Positions 1-13,349 of a DNA stretch of 64,000 bases are shown piece by piece. The DNA is taken from positions 50,160,001 to 50,224,000 of the forward strand of contig OZ249436.1 in NCBI GenBank assembly GCA_965235115.1. The letters are read 5' to 3'. Each line of letters begins with the position of its first letter. Positions within the stretch are counted from its first letter, which is position 1. The stretch comes from Laetmonice hystrix. Its lineage: Eukaryota. A program made the position numbers and the translations under genes. The notes beneath the pieces are model-generated. The model was not told where the DNA came from. It ran no database searches and worked only from the letters and a program-made list of their open reading frames with translations.

Positions 1-893
1 CTAATCGTTACTAAACCATCTTGTCAGCAACGCCAGACAACGGGGAACCCCCTCCCATGCGTGCACATGGCTTTAAAGGTGCTCTTTTCGATGTACCAAA
101 TGGCCGAATTCAGACATTTATTAACCTTGCATGTGGCTCATACTTATAATAACTAATTTGTGACAACCGCGGGATTTTAACACAAATTTTAATTTCAAAA
201 AAGTGTCTAAGCACGTTCACATATTACGCTCATAGATCTATATAAGTACAACCACTGAAAATTCTCGATGAGAATAGGACCTTATAAGAAGTTCGAGGCC
301 ACTCGCCAAGACAATCTAATAGCTCACGCTACATTTCTGCCATACATTTCCGCTACAGCTTCATCTCCAGTGACGCCGTGCCCTGGCGTGATTGGCCCAA
401 TGACCGAGTTCACAGCCACAATGAAGGCTTTCAGTCACTATAGAACATGCCTTTGACGGAGTTTCTATGGCTGACAACAGAAAGTGGAAGCCACATGTCG
501 GGGGTTGCCTCGGGGTCAGTATTACAGAGCTCATTGAAAAGAATTGGACGAGATCCCCAGGCCCCGGTTTCAAGAAAGTGGTTAAGTTAACTAAGTTGGT
601 TATAATGCTTAGGTCCCACTGGGGAAAAATCATCGGCGATGTAGAAATACACAAATTGGCTCCCGATGGCTCCCTATGCTCCCGAAGTTTTTGGCCCAAA
701 CAACGGAGTAGTCCCATTACAGATGGCACGCATTAGGCATCGGGGATGGTCCCCCGAACAATGGCCATGAATCATCGGGAATGGCTCCCGATGGCCGGGA
801 AAGCCCCGGGGTACCTTCGCCGATAATCGGCCAAGGTGCCCCGGAGCTACCCCGAATTTGAAACACCATCGGGGAAATATCCCCGTAGATATA

Positions 894-996
894 GGGGAAG
901 CATCGGTGAGTACTTGCGAACCATCCCCGGTGCCTCCCCAATAACCCTTCCCCGAGGCACCGGGGATGGTTCGCAAGTACTCACCGATGCTTCCCC
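894..996. repeat. Perfect 43-bp inverted repeat (17-nt spacer) inside a GC-rich, palindrome-rich non-coding block (~610-1530), probably a non-autonomous DNA transposon
   Basis: Arm 894-936 GGGGAAGCATCGGTGAGTACTTGCGAACCATCCCCGGTGCCTC is the exact reverse complement of 954-996. Element termini were not identified. Confidence 0.8.
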
Positions 997-2045
997 GGTG
1001 CCTCGGGGAAGCATTGGGGAGGTATGGGAAGAATGCACTTTCAACCATCACCGACATTTCGGCGAATATTCGGGAATGCAACCCCACAACGGGAATGTAT
1101 CACCGACAGGTCGCTGAGAGGTCGCCGGACATGCGGCGGAGATCAAAATATCCCCGGAGGTTCCCTGATCCTTCGCCGAAACAACACACGAGGTTCGGGG
1201 GGACGAAGGTTTCGCGGAAGCTCAGGGGAAGCATCCCCGGGGCTTCGCCGGGGCTCGGGAAAGCTACGGGGTTGCCTCCCCGGCCTGTTTTACCGACAAA
1301 AGGTCGGGAAGACATCGGGAAAAATTTCAATGCAGGCATTGAAAGTTTTCGCAGTTCTCCCGATGCCTCCCGATGGTTCCACATGGCTCCCGACGCTCCC
1401 GAGGCTTCCTCGAAACACCGGGGAACCTGTTCCCGACGCCTCCCGCGGCTCTTCCATTTAGATCGGGAGAACATCCCCGATGCCAAATGTTTCTGTGAGA
1501 AGTGTCAGGTACCAGAGCCACTAATAACGCCGCCGGGACGTACATTGTAATAAAAGGCCAGCATAATGCCACGTGTCACGGTGGGCAGATGAACGGATTC
1601 CCCGGGAGGGGGGAGGGGTGCAGCACTGGGAACAGCGGCGAATGGCATTGCAACGTCAGAGAGAAATACACAAAAGAAGAAAATACATCCAATTATGAAT
1701 GCCTCATGGAAGAGGCATTATTAACATCTTTCTGCACATTTCCGCTGGTCCTTATTACAGGATACATCCTGCTTTCTGCACATCATTTAAACTCATGAGT
1801 GGGTTTCGCGCCCGTCCTATAGGATTGACCTGAAAGGGAGAGTCCATGTAAGGCTAAAAACGTTATTTCCCGGCATCTGGAGATGAAAATTTTGACGGAA
1901 ATAGGTTGGGGGGGTCCCCCCCGGCCCCCCGGTTATGGGCCTGCTGGGCTTTATCCACTAAGCCGACTAGCCTACCGGTCAGCCGATTCCGAAAAAGCAT
2001 GGGTGTGGTTGTCTCCATTACAATAAGTGTAGTAGATGTGAATAA

Positions 2046-3102
2046 GGGGCAGACCATTTAATAGCCGGGGGGAGGGTATGGTTTTTCCTTCTGACCAAAC
2101 TTTTTTTTTTGCTTCCAACAAAAAACAAACAATTTTTTTTTATCCCTAATCAAAAGCAAACAATTTTTTTTTCCGAGGTGGCAGAGACAAACTTTTTTCC
2201 AGGACATAATTCTGCAGCAACCATTGTGTTATCCCGTAAATTTCTGTTTCACAGACATAGGCGCCGGAAGATATTCACAGGTGGGCGGGGGGGGGGCACC
2301 AAATCATAGGTCCCAAGTTCCAAGTTTTGAAATGCTGGTGATAAGAACGTCGAAGGCGCGAAGTCTCGAGCGGGGGTCTGGGGGCCCTCCCCCGAAAAAA
2401 AAATTGAAAATTAAAGTGCCAAATACACGTTTTCCTGGCATCTGGGAACAAAATCTAGGCCCTCTGTCGACGGTCTGACCATCTCCTGCCACCTTGGAGC
2501 TGGGGGGAGGGGAACTATATGCTTGCCCCCCAGCTTTTGAGCTGGGGGTGGGGGGTGGGGGGGGGGGGCAACAGGCCGGTTCGTACATATAACATCTCTA
2601 CCACAGCCTTAGGAATATATGATTGTACTGTATTCAGCTTTGAACCATGCAGTACTTTTATAATAGACTATGAAACGGATTGGAAGTTCTAATTGTCTTC
2701 ACAGATTTGTGGGCTTTCAAATATCTTGTAGTGCAAGCGAATGTCTAAATGAAACAATTGATCAAGTTATACATACTAGTATTCAATTGCATGTCATAAT
2801 TGTTCAGACTGATATGTTTTACTCAGTATTGTATAGAGTATGCCTAAATAAAACTGCTGACCGAGCGGAGCGAGGAAAATTTTTGGTCTTCTTTTAATTT
2901 TTTAGCAGTTTCGGGCAGATTTTTTTTTATAAATCTGCTTCCTGTCAACAATCTATTTTTTTTTCACACACATTGCTAAACAAACTATTTTTTTCACACA
3001 CATTTGAGAGCAAACTATTTTTTTGGGTAAACTTGGCAAACAAACTTTTTTTTTACGAAAAAACCATACCCCCCCCCCCCCAGCTATTAAATGGTCTGCC
3101 CC
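2046..3102. mobile_element. PIF/Harbinger-like non-autonomous element
   Basis: TIRs GGGGCAGACCATTTAATAGC / GCTATTAAATGGTCTGCCCC, continuing imperfectly inward. TAA on both flanks (2043-2045, 3103-3105). Confidence 0.8.
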
Positions 3103-3694
3103 TAAGGTATCTAAAATGTGAGCACATACAAATATTATATCCCATCAGAGTGTCAGAATTGTAGCACCGCACGTCGGATGCCCGGCCGGATTAGTGGATA
3201 AAGGCAAAGCTGTCCTTGGTTAAAAAATAGATTTAATATAGAGTTGCAATGAACCCTCTAGTGCAAACAGGATTTTTGTTTAAATTAAGCCTTTCAAGAC
3301 TATCGCCCAAAAAGACTGAAATTTATACTGGTCAAAATAAAGCGCTGCATGGTCCACTGAGGCGATTGTCCTTGCGATGTCCTTGCGATTTTGACATCGC
3401 CCTTTTTTTTACTGTAATTTTGAGAGTGAACGTCGACTATTAAATCGCCTTAGTGGATCAGGGCCTTTACACTACAAAAGCAAACTGTCTTAAACAAATA
3501 AAATCTTAGCAATCCAATCGTGTCTGCTGTTCAACAGATTGTTCCTTTGTTAAAGACAGGGATATTCACTTAAAGCCAGAGTATGTCTGTCCGTATAGTC
3601 GGATCGAATGACATTCCTGACTAAGCATTTACTCCGAACCTATCGGGTCAAGGCTGCCGGCCAATATCATTGTATTGATCAGACAGTGCCGCCT

Positions 3695-3743
3695 CAACTA
3701 ATGTCTCAACTAATGTCTCAACTAATGTCTCAACTAATGTCTC
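3695..3743. repeat. 12-bp tandem repeat (CAACTAATGTCT) x4
   Basis: Read directly from the sequence. Confidence 0.9.
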
Positions 3744-3834
3744 ATGCCCTTCTGCCGTGCATGTCGCAGCCATTTATTGCCCTGTTTCAGTTTCTTTCCT
3801 TGGTCACATTGCTTTCATTTTTTATTTGAAATTT

Positions 3835-4380
3835 CTTCGCTTCACAGACAATTATTCCTTGCCTTCACAGACAGTTCCTTCGCTTCATAGACATTATTCC
3901 TTTCCTTCACAGACAGTTCCTTCGCTTCAGAGACAATTATTCCTTGCCTTCACAGCCAGTTCCTTCGCTTCACAGACAATTATTCCTTGCCTCCACAGAC
4001 AGTTCCATCGCTTCACAGACAATTATTCCTTGCCTTCACAGACAGTTCCTTCGCTTCACAGACAATTATTCCTTGCCTTCACAGACAGTTCCTTCGCTTC
4101 ACAGACAATTATTCCTTGCCTTCACAGACAGTTCATTCGCTTCACAGACAATTATTCCTTGCCTTCACAGACAGTTCCTTCGCTTCACAGACAATTTTCC
4201 TTGCCTTCACAGACAGTTCATTCGCTTCACAGACAATTATTCCTTGCCTTCACAGACAGTTCCTTCGCTTCACAGACAATTTACCTTGCCTTCACAGACA
4301 GTTCCTTCGCTTCACAGACAATTTGCCTTGCCTTCACAGACAGTTCCTTCGCTTCACAGACAATTATTCCGTGCCTTCAC
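3835..4380. repeat. 43-bp minisatellite, about 12-13 copies
   Basis: Unit TTCGCTTCACAGACAATTATTCCTTGCCTTCACAGACAGTTCC, built from two related CTTCACAGACA half-units. It explains the three overlapping repetitive ORFs here. Confidence 0.95.
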
Positions 4381-4917
4381 ACGATCATTAATCTTTGCTT
4401 GCGGCCGTCTCATATATGCAGCAATATAAAAACTTTTCATATTGCCGCAAGCCACTAACGGTCAAAATATACATTCAATTAAAAGTGGCACAGAAGATTA
4501 ACCTACTTGCTTCACGAACCCAGCGACAATCATTAATGAATATCCTAGGTAATAGGAATATTCAGGAAAATAAAAACAAATAATAAGCTTCGATGATTTA
4601 TCTAAGAGCGAATTAAACTCCAGTAAAGTCGTTCTTCTGTCTTTCTGTGCAAAGACAGTGGTTAGTCCATAGTGATGGACGTTGACAGCCAGTGATGGGG
4701 ACTTAAGGGAAATTTCAAATACTAACGCGGTGATCCGATCCGAAGATCCCAATATCCGCATTAGGCAATTTCTGACACAGGCTTGAAAATCCGATATCGC
4801 GCACAGGTGCCTTCTTATAATTGGGCTCTCGTCGGATACTCGGGTGGTTTTATTAGCCATGTCCTGACGAAGCGGCCACTATACTTAATGTATATATCTT
4901 AGGTCCTTCCGAGGCAG

Positions 4918-6389
4918 TACGGAACCCCTAAGGGGACATGAGCGTAAACTAAGTTATATTTCGTTCCCTGGAAATCATTTCGTGTGAATGAAATAACATA
5001 ATTAGGTAGGTAGGTAGGTAGGTAGGTAGGTGGGTAGTTTATTTTTTGAAAGCAAAATGTGTATTACGAGTACATGTAGTGCAGTACCCTGTACAATAAT
5101 ATTAATATTACATATAGGTCTAACATATTCGTATAATGGATTAAGGGTACAGGTAGTACTATTACAAAAAAAAACAGTATGCTTTCAAGGAAACCCATCG
5201 GAGATTTAAAAATCTGTAACCCCTGTAACAATAATTGTTTAAATAACAGAGATTACTAGGGGCAGATGGGCAACCGAAAGAAACATATTGATAATACAAA
5301 CTCAAGCGTAGTCACAGTTGAATAATTACTAACAGAACTTCCTAGAGGAAGCTATACTAAACTCTCAAAATAACTGTAGTTATATGTGTAGCCATGTTAA
5401 TATAGTCAATTTTAAAGTCAATAAATTCATTCAAAATATAAATTCAACATCCTATAACACCTAGGAACTTAGTATATTGCACTTGTTCTAAGAAGTCATC
5501 GTTAATGATAAGATGGAGGTGTGTAATCTGATATGCGAGGGGTTGTTTGGTGAAGGTTATATTTAGTTTTTGCAGTATTGACTACGAGACGATTTGCTTA
5601 ATACTATTCAGAGGTTGAAGAAAACCGCCCATACGAAGCGTGAATGTGCGGCTTTCAACAGCCAGAAAACAGAGCGAGATCCTCCTTGTTCGGCAACTGG
5701 CTATGATCTGCCTAGCGTTTATTTTACAGTATATATTAAAGTATAGTGGTCGGACCGCCAGCAGCCGGCTTCTCCCTTCTCCAGATGGCGGTGTTAGAAT
5801 TTAATTGGCGTTATCTGCCACACCGCCTCTGCAGAGATCAGGATAAACCTAGAGTTGGTACATTTCTAGAACCAACTCTACACATCAATATTAGTGGTGG
5901 ATAAGTAATAAATGTTACAATAAAGATACATAATAGATGTTACGATAAAGATACATAATTAATATCTGAACGTCCCTCTATTTTCTACAAGGTGGATAAT
6001 GTTAGTGCCTTTACACAGTAATGTGGTATCATCAGCAAATATTGTCAGATTACTAAAGGTCAGGGCCCTAGGTAAGTCATTTATACAAATTACGAAGAGA
6101 AGTGGGCCAAGAACAGAACCCTGTGGGACTCCATGATCAATTGGTTTCTCAACTGATTGTGCTCTATTAAACACAACATACTGCCTCCTATATTATTTAA
6201 ATAACTTTCAAACCACTCCAGGGCTATACCTCTTATACCATAATGATTTAATTTAGAGAGTAACATTGAGTGATTAAATTGATTCATTTTATTGCATTCC
6301 CACGAAATCATTTCGAGGGAACATAAAAACGTATGACTTTTTTTTACAATAATTCCCCCTTAGGGACTCCGTACCTTAGAGGCTCCGTA
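4918..6389. mobile_element. TIR element with TAC termini and 6-bp TSD (IS3EU-like), interrupted by a LINE
   Basis: Left end TACGGAACCCCTAAGGGG. Right end CCCCTTAGGGACTCCGTA with a locally duplicated CTCCGTA terminus. Flanks AGGCAG / CGGCAG (5/6). Superfamily inferred from terminus and TSD length only. Confidence 0.6.
5002..6278 (-). pseudogene. 5'-truncated, decayed non-LTR retrotransposon (CR1/L2-like RT fragment and 3' tail)
   Basis: Minus-strand HSMLLSKLNHYGIRGIALEWFESYL, frameshift, then GVPQGSVLGPLLF...INDLP...IFADDTTL (5960-6275). Minus-strand AATAAA followed by a (CTAC)n tail at ~5004-5045. Confidence 0.85.
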
Positions 6390-8269
6390 CGGCAGAGAAG
6401 ATTGCATCGCTGAAAGCTGTGTCTTATGGTCAGGTAATCAGCTGCGACAAACGGTAGCATGTTCTGTATACCGAAGTGGTCAATGACTTCAGATGAAGGA
6501 TCATGGAAGGCTCATCTTTGACTAGCGAACAGACGTGATTAGGCCACGTATGTCATGGTGGTTCAGGAAGACAAAGCTGTCATCGGTAGGCTGGAAAATA
6601 ACGTCATTGAATGTTTGAGAGGAAAACAGACGACCTATTCCAGTCAGGATATGCACGTCCTGCACAGGCTGCAATTGGAGGCGTGTATCTCGGGGCATTT
6701 CTACAGCCTCATATAACCGCTTTCAGCGAGTCTTCTTCCTGCTACCAAGGGCACAATAAGTCTGTAATTGAAGCGGTAGGTATTGTGTGCGCCCTCAGCA
6801 TACGTCCAGCAAGAAATCACTGTTTGCCAGATTCTTTGGGTGAACCACCCAACACTTATTAGATTTCTACACGGTTATTACCTTCGACACACACTTTTAT
6901 CTTGAAGGTCAGCAAGGTCTCATACTGTTACTTTCACCACATTGCCAGTCATATCAATACCCACCTACGCCACAAATAGCGACGTGGATAAGGAGAAAGG
7001 AAAGTGATAAAAAGATAGATGGATGGCATTCAGAGAAAGATAATATTAATACGTGACGTCGTACGTTTTAAGGGATCTAGAAGTCCATTTTTGAGACGTA
7101 CTCCATGACAGTTTATCCTTGAGCTGAGATGGCATGCTTAAATGACCAGCCAGAATACAACCTTTATAACTCCTTCAGTTTGGGTACGTATGTACATGAG
7201 ACTATTGCCTAAATCACAGGGCATCATTGCATCTGGCAGTCTACCGTTGGGTCCTACAAATAAATACAAGAGCTTCAAATTTCGTATTGCGTTCGGGAAT
7301 ACCTAATATTAGCGTTATTACAACGTCTATAGTTCCGACAAATGGGCCAATTCGGAAGGGGGTGGGTAATATTATTCTTAATTTGACAGCTTTCTACGGT
7401 TACAAACTTAGGTAATTTCAAACAGAGCGTTTTTCTAAATTATAGGGTGATCGCCGGACGGTGATTTAGGTAATAGAATGTCACTCTCTCGGAAAGGACA
7501 AGGCGCATGTTGAAGGCATGATGACTTCATGCCTATATTGTAAGCGGTTGTGTTGACCATAAAATAGGGTAATTGAGGTAATTGCCCCACGTTCGTGTCA
7601 TCTTCTCGTGGCTCAGATCTAACTGGGGCCACAAGTCACTTCATCTTTAACTGCACCCTAGATACATCCAAATTGGCGATTAACTTTGTGAGGTCAAAGT
7701 TTCGCATTAAAATCTTCCTCGGTAGATTCTCTACGGCTTTACTTCCGAAGTACAACACTGAGAGAGCCAAGGGCCGATTATCTGAACAGGACTCATTAGC
7801 CGGTATGATATTAGTATACAAGAGCAGCACCTAAAGTCTTACTTTGTACGTAACAAATACTGTCTTTAGACTTCTTTAGACTTCAGTCAGCTATTCTAGC
7901 GGTAGAATGATACTTGTCAAGACTCATTATAGAAGGGGTATAGACTGTTTGTCCTTTCACATACCTTTTTGGTCTTTTCCCCACTATGCCATACTCAGCA
8001 AGACCCCCCCCCCCCCGGTAACAGCCACGGATGGGCCAGAGAGTGTCCAGGGGACCGCCTCTTTATCCATCGCCAAATTTCCTTTCGTCCTACTTGAGTT
8101 CCCTAATTTCACCCCTATTTGCCCCCTGCCTGTTTCAGTTGTCAGGTCTTATTGCTTCTCGACAAGTTTTCTTGCAATTTGACATTTCCACTCGATTGAG
8201 AATATCGCCCTTTTTCTGCATTCAACATAAAAATATTGTGTATGTATACTAGCATGTAAGAATATTATA

Positions 8270-8678
8270 CAGGCGCGGATCTAGATGGGGGTGGGGGTTC
8301 GAGCCCCCCTACCCCTTGGACCCCAAAGTGCCCTTCTTGGCTAACTTTTTGCAGGCGCAGATTCAAGGGCCAGGGGGGTGTAGGGGCCTTTTGAAGAACT
8401 GACAAAAATTATTGGTAGGCTATAGGCCTAAAAACTTTGAGAAACTTTCGCATTCCGTCACAATGTCTGTCTCCAGATGCCAGGAAATAGCTTTTTCCCC
8501 CTTAAAAAATTTTTCCTTGGAAGATGCCTAGACCCTCCCCTGCAGATGTTCGCAGCACGCCTTTGGCGCTCGAGAGCGTCCCCTTTTTGTAGTGCTGTAT
8601 CCGCGCCTGTTCTGTAGGTAGGTGCCCTTTAAGAAGACCCTGAACCCCACCCTTTAAGAACTCCTGGATCTGCGCCTG
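8270..8678. mobile_element. CAGG-terminated MITE
   Basis: CAGGCGCGGATCTAG / CTGGATCTGCGCCTG imperfect TIRs, with internal copies of the same motif. No clear TSD. Confidence 0.6.
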
Positions 8679-8859
8679 TGATATCATGCATATTGACTGC
8701 CCTTTCCCCCTGAGTTCTTTCTCAAACGATTCTTCTTCAGTCTATAATACATTGTTCGTAAATTTAGCGTAAACATAATTATGTCACCTTTGTTAAGGTC
8801 AATGCCTTACTGGTGGAAGCATGCTAGTGGATGGGGGTGGTTGGTAAGAGGGCAGGTGA

Positions 8860-9015
8860 TGCTAGATCAAAGTGGTCTAAGGTGTTGGCTCATGACCTCA
8901 CACCACTGCGGTCCGGGTTCGATCCCCGGCCAGGGCTGCATGTGTGAAAAGGTTTGTCAGTCAGTTCCTTCCCGAAGGCCGGTGGTTTCCTCCGGGCACT
9001 CCGGTTTCCTCCACG
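8860..9015 (+). mobile_element. tRNA-derived SINE with V-domain-like core
   Basis: B-box GGTTCGATCCC (~8916) followed by GGTTTCCTCCGGGCACTCCGGTTTCCTCCAC, resembling the V-SINE central domain. Confidence 0.7.
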
Positions 9016-11098
9016 AAGAAAAAGTGACTTTCATCATCAAATCATTCATCGTAAAACCCCCAACACCCACCCACCCCCTAAAAGTGGGCATAAAATGCCA
9101 CCTTGGGGATGTGTAAGGATTTTGGGCTTTCAGCGCGTGGGTTTCTCCCGTCGTCAACAAATACTACTGTTTGGTCGACCTTTATCGTCATTTTCCTAAC
9201 AGTAATGTATCCGGGATGGTCATGCAGGGCGACACGAAAGTGATATTATACACACAATACACAGAATAAGATACGGCAACCGGGGAGGCTATCGTATCTT
9301 CTTTAAGGGCAATAATTCGTCCATAAATCGTCCGTAAATCTTCAGTAAATTGTCCAAAAATAGTGTCTGCATGTATGTCTATTTCAACGATCAACTCTTT
9401 TGAGGCGACCCATGAATAATTTGTCAGGTATTTTAGCCCAACATCTGCCGGGGTTTCTGATGGTACGGTAGAACGGCCATGCATTCCAAAGGCAATCTTT
9501 CTCTTGGCGCGCGGAAACGGGCTTCTATGTTAGACGTCGGCATTCTGGTGGGGGCATCCTGTTTATGGAAAGAAGGAGACAAGGGACCTGGGAGGCCTTA
9601 CCCGGGCGACACGCAGGCCTCTTGTACACGGACATTGTTATTCGGCTGCCAGATTCAATTTGCCTGACGGGAGGACGACAGGCAGTTACTCGTGCTGTCA
9701 CCACGTTATGGGTTGCCGTGGGATTACCATGCGACCTCTGGTTCCTATGAACAACGAATAGTTAAGACCATCTACTGGGAAAGATTTGTTTTTCAATGGC
9801 CTGGCGGTTTGCCAGCAACATTTTGAATGTTGCACGTGCCTATAGCAACGAAACTTCCACTAAAGGCATCCTTTTGCAGACCTGACCACCATGACTGGAC
9901 AAAAGCCATTTGTCCTCTAGCATTCCTATCTTAGCATGTAGTATTGCTGGTATTAGTCTATGTTGCTAACGTTATCTTAATCATCCATTCTTCCTATTCG
10001 AAATTGTGGTTGGAACGTTTACTATCTGATTTACGAAAGCATGGACTCTGCATGCCCTAACGAAAACCTCCAAATGTCGCAGCCTTCTCAATGCGTTTCT
10101 GTCCTGTTTTTCTTTGATGTCTCCTGTCCGCGAGCGCTTGTTTTGGGGTGGGGTATAGCTTTTACCCCGTATGATGACATGTCCCCGCTAGGCTTTGTTC
10201 GAAATCTTCTCTACTTCGTGCCTAATAGTGTTGAATGATGCCATTCTGAGCGCCACGTCCAGGAACTTACAAAAAGTTTTAGTATGTTGTCCTTTACCAG
10301 CGTGCCGTTTGTCATGCATGAACAGATAATTCCTTTCATTTAGAACACAATATCAATGTTTTTTTTTATCCCGATTTCCTTATACCAACGATAGAGGGCA
10401 AAAGAGCGTTTCTTTTCAAATCACAGACCAGAAGGGCATGGTACACAATCAGGAGTGTCTAACTTCATACAGACCAAGCGCTCGTGCCTTGAATGTCAGT
10501 CAAGTTAAAAACTATAGTCTTCCTTGCAACTGTTGTTGCAAGAATTATGTCGCAACCATCCTGGCAGGTTGCAACTATGCCGCCCATGGCATATGGCTCA
10601 ATTAGCGGTTTTCAGAACCTACGGTGGTGTTGGGGGGCAGCAGGGGATGCTTTAGGGGGTGACTGTCCTAGGGGGGACTGTCCTAGGGGCGGCTATCTAG
10701 GGGCAGCTGTCCTAGGGGCGGCTGTCCTAGGGGTGGCTGTCTTGTCACTGTTAACGTCATCATAATGGTTGATTAAGCTCCACAATGTCATTTTTTTCTT
10801 TACGTCTTTCCTCGATCATGAACAGCATTGAAGGGAAGTCGTTTTTTCCCTGAAGCTCCTGGGGGTCTACAGATGTATAGACTTCTAATTCACAGTCATT
10901 ATTGATGGATCTAGGTACCTTAACATGACATGCACTTTTTTGGTAGCTTCACTGCATGGAATGGCATTGAAAAACAAATGGTATTATATCTAGCAGGAAA
11001 TAGTCCCTGGTATCCGACGGGTTGTTACCGGTTAATGATGAGTGAGTTGGTGTTTAACGCCCAGTCAGCAGTTTCAGCCATTTCAGGGCGCAGGTTAA

Positions 11099-11541
11099 AG
11101 GCAGGGTAAACACCCACGGCAAATAAGGTTTCGTAGACCAAATGAAACACCAGCATTTACCTCAGGGCAATAAATGACACAAGTACGTTGTCTGAATGAA
11201 GTAATTAACGTGTAACTGCCCGATGTGTGACGCCGCTGGTTCTGCTTGTGTGTTCAACACCTCGGACGTTTACAAACGTTGGGACTCCAAACATCGTGTA
11301 GACAAGGTCTGTGAGCAGAGTAACACGTAATGTTACGCAATACGCCGCGGTGTGCAGCATTCGGCTTTGATGAACACACAAGAAGGTCAAGGTAAGAACC
11401 AGCGGCGTCATATACATCGGGCGGTTACACGTTAATTACTTCATTCAGACAACGTATTTGTGGCATTTATTGCCCTGAGGTAAATGCTGGTGTTTCATTT
11501 GGTCTACGAAACCTTATTTGCCGTGGGTGTTTACCCTGCCT
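11099..11541. mobile_element. Kolobok-like MITE with long (~125-bp) near-perfect TIRs
   Basis: TTAA on both flanks (11095-11098, 11542-11545). Termini AGGCAGGGTAAACACCCACGG / CCGTGGGTGTTTACCCTGCCT. Confidence 0.85.
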
Positions 11542-12497
11542 TTAATGGTAAGTTGGCTGTGTGCTCTAAAATATAAAAGCACTCTTCCTATCGGAAACTC
11601 CTTTGTCATATCGCCGAAATTACCAAAAATAAAAACAAGATAATACGTCGAACGCTGAATCCCATGTACACGCTTTTCCTTTTAGTACTACTTTTTTTCT
11701 GTGGAATTTGATTTCAACTGATGTCTCTGATCGGTTTTGTTCGGTCTCTTAAGAACGTAATAAAATAGCGGCTTATGTTCAGATCGATCGGATAAGCATT
11801 CGTCTTCCTTCCTTTGGGTTTATCTGCTCTAAACAAAATTGTCTAATAAAAAATTATGGACATAAAAAGAATGGTTCGTAGATATAGCAGCCCTTTCGTT
11901 TATGTGCCAATAGACAACGTTATTTATAGTTTACAGCTGCCTGGAAATGATATGTTTATCTAAAGTCCAAGGTCAACTCCTAGACCAAAACTGCAAAACC
12001 AGCACCTTTTGGTCAAGGACGGAGTTAGGCTGGCAATATCAGGTGGGCCAGAAAAAAAACTGGAACACTCTTTTCTTTATTATAACTTCTACAATTTTTA
12101 TAATGTCATAATATTTGCACATGATATCATCAGGTTACTTGGGGTCCGTGGTACAATTTTCAGATAAATAGGTCAAAACGCCTAAAAAATAGTGGCATTT
12201 TTACAACTGCATGTCCGAAATTGCAATGACGGACCAGGGTAGTGAACGTGGTGCCGCAGGGTTTGTTCCCCTGTGCCTGAATGACGTGATATCTGTCATT
12301 CAAATGCCATGGTGTTCAGTGATGAGAACAGAGCTTGTGATCTGGGTTTCGGCAGCCTGCGTTACTGCTAGGTGTTAGGCGTGATGTTAACGGAGCTCAG
12401 CCCACTTCTTGCCGGTGTCACACCGAAAACTGACCCCCATGGAAAATTGACCCCCGGTCACTTTTCCACAGTGGAAAAGTGACCCCCCTGGTATGTA

Positions 12498-13349
12498 TCG
12501 GGTGGATAAAAAAAAACGCCCCGAACTTTAAACTCCAATATTTCAAAAAGTTTTGATTGTAATTCAATGAAATTTTTCTTACTATCACTTTATGATGTTG
12601 TCTCTTAGTTGTTAATGTTACAACTCAATAGCTTGGATAATATTTCCTTAGCGCTGAAAACAAAAATCATTGTACAAAAGCGCAATGCCGGCCTAAAGCG
12701 AGTGGTAGTCGCACCAGAGTCCCTGGCCTCACACTAGAGTAGGTGTCAATCGGTCCCCCGTTTTCACTTCATACTGCTCTCAGTCTCTTTTTACATCGCC
12801 AAAGCACTTCCTGATCTCTGATAGGGAATTATCTTCCCATTATTGGGAAATAAGCAGCGTTCTGAACGTGTTGCTAAACGTGATAATTATACGATTTCCC
12901 TTAAACTTCTGCTTACAGTCATATCGTCCTAATGTTGCAGTTTCTCTGTAGGGTTTGGCAAATTAAACATCAGGGTTTCTCTAGAAGTACTAGGAATAGG
13001 ACATAATTTATTATATCTAGTGGTTCACAACATTATACATATTGTAAAACATGCAAAAACTAAATATTGAAAATGTTTTTACCCAAGGTACAATGCGGTG
13101 CATCAAACAGGTATCAAATTGGACACCTGGCAGCTGCATGATATTTGACCTAATTCCGGCATTGTGTTTTTAGACACTGATTTTTATTTTTAGCGCCACG
13201 GGATTAATATCAAAGCTATTGAGCGGAAACTTTAACATACAAGAGATAATATCATGAAGTTATATTAAGAGAAATTTTATTGAATTATAATGCAAAGTTA
13301 TTGAAATATTAAAGTTTAAAGTTCGGGGCGTTTTTTTTTATCCACCCGA
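12498..13349. mobile_element. Tc1/mariner-like non-autonomous element
   Basis: TIRs TCGGGTGGATAAAAAAAAACGCCCCGAACTTTAAACT and its reverse complement, extending imperfectly ~200 bp. TA on both flanks. Confidence 0.8.

Noticed and set aside
361..1572. Cluster of overlapping 80-190-aa ORFs
   Set aside because: GC-rich palindromic repeat DNA, open on both strands, with no recognisable motifs.
3757..4458. 233-, 161- and 134-aa ORFs
   Set aside because: They arise from a stop-free 43-bp minisatellite read in three frames.
7060..9960. Coding-looking minus-strand stretches at ~7200-7850 and ~9190-9960
   Set aside because: Short, interrupted frames with no motif I could recognise; BLASTX is needed before any call.
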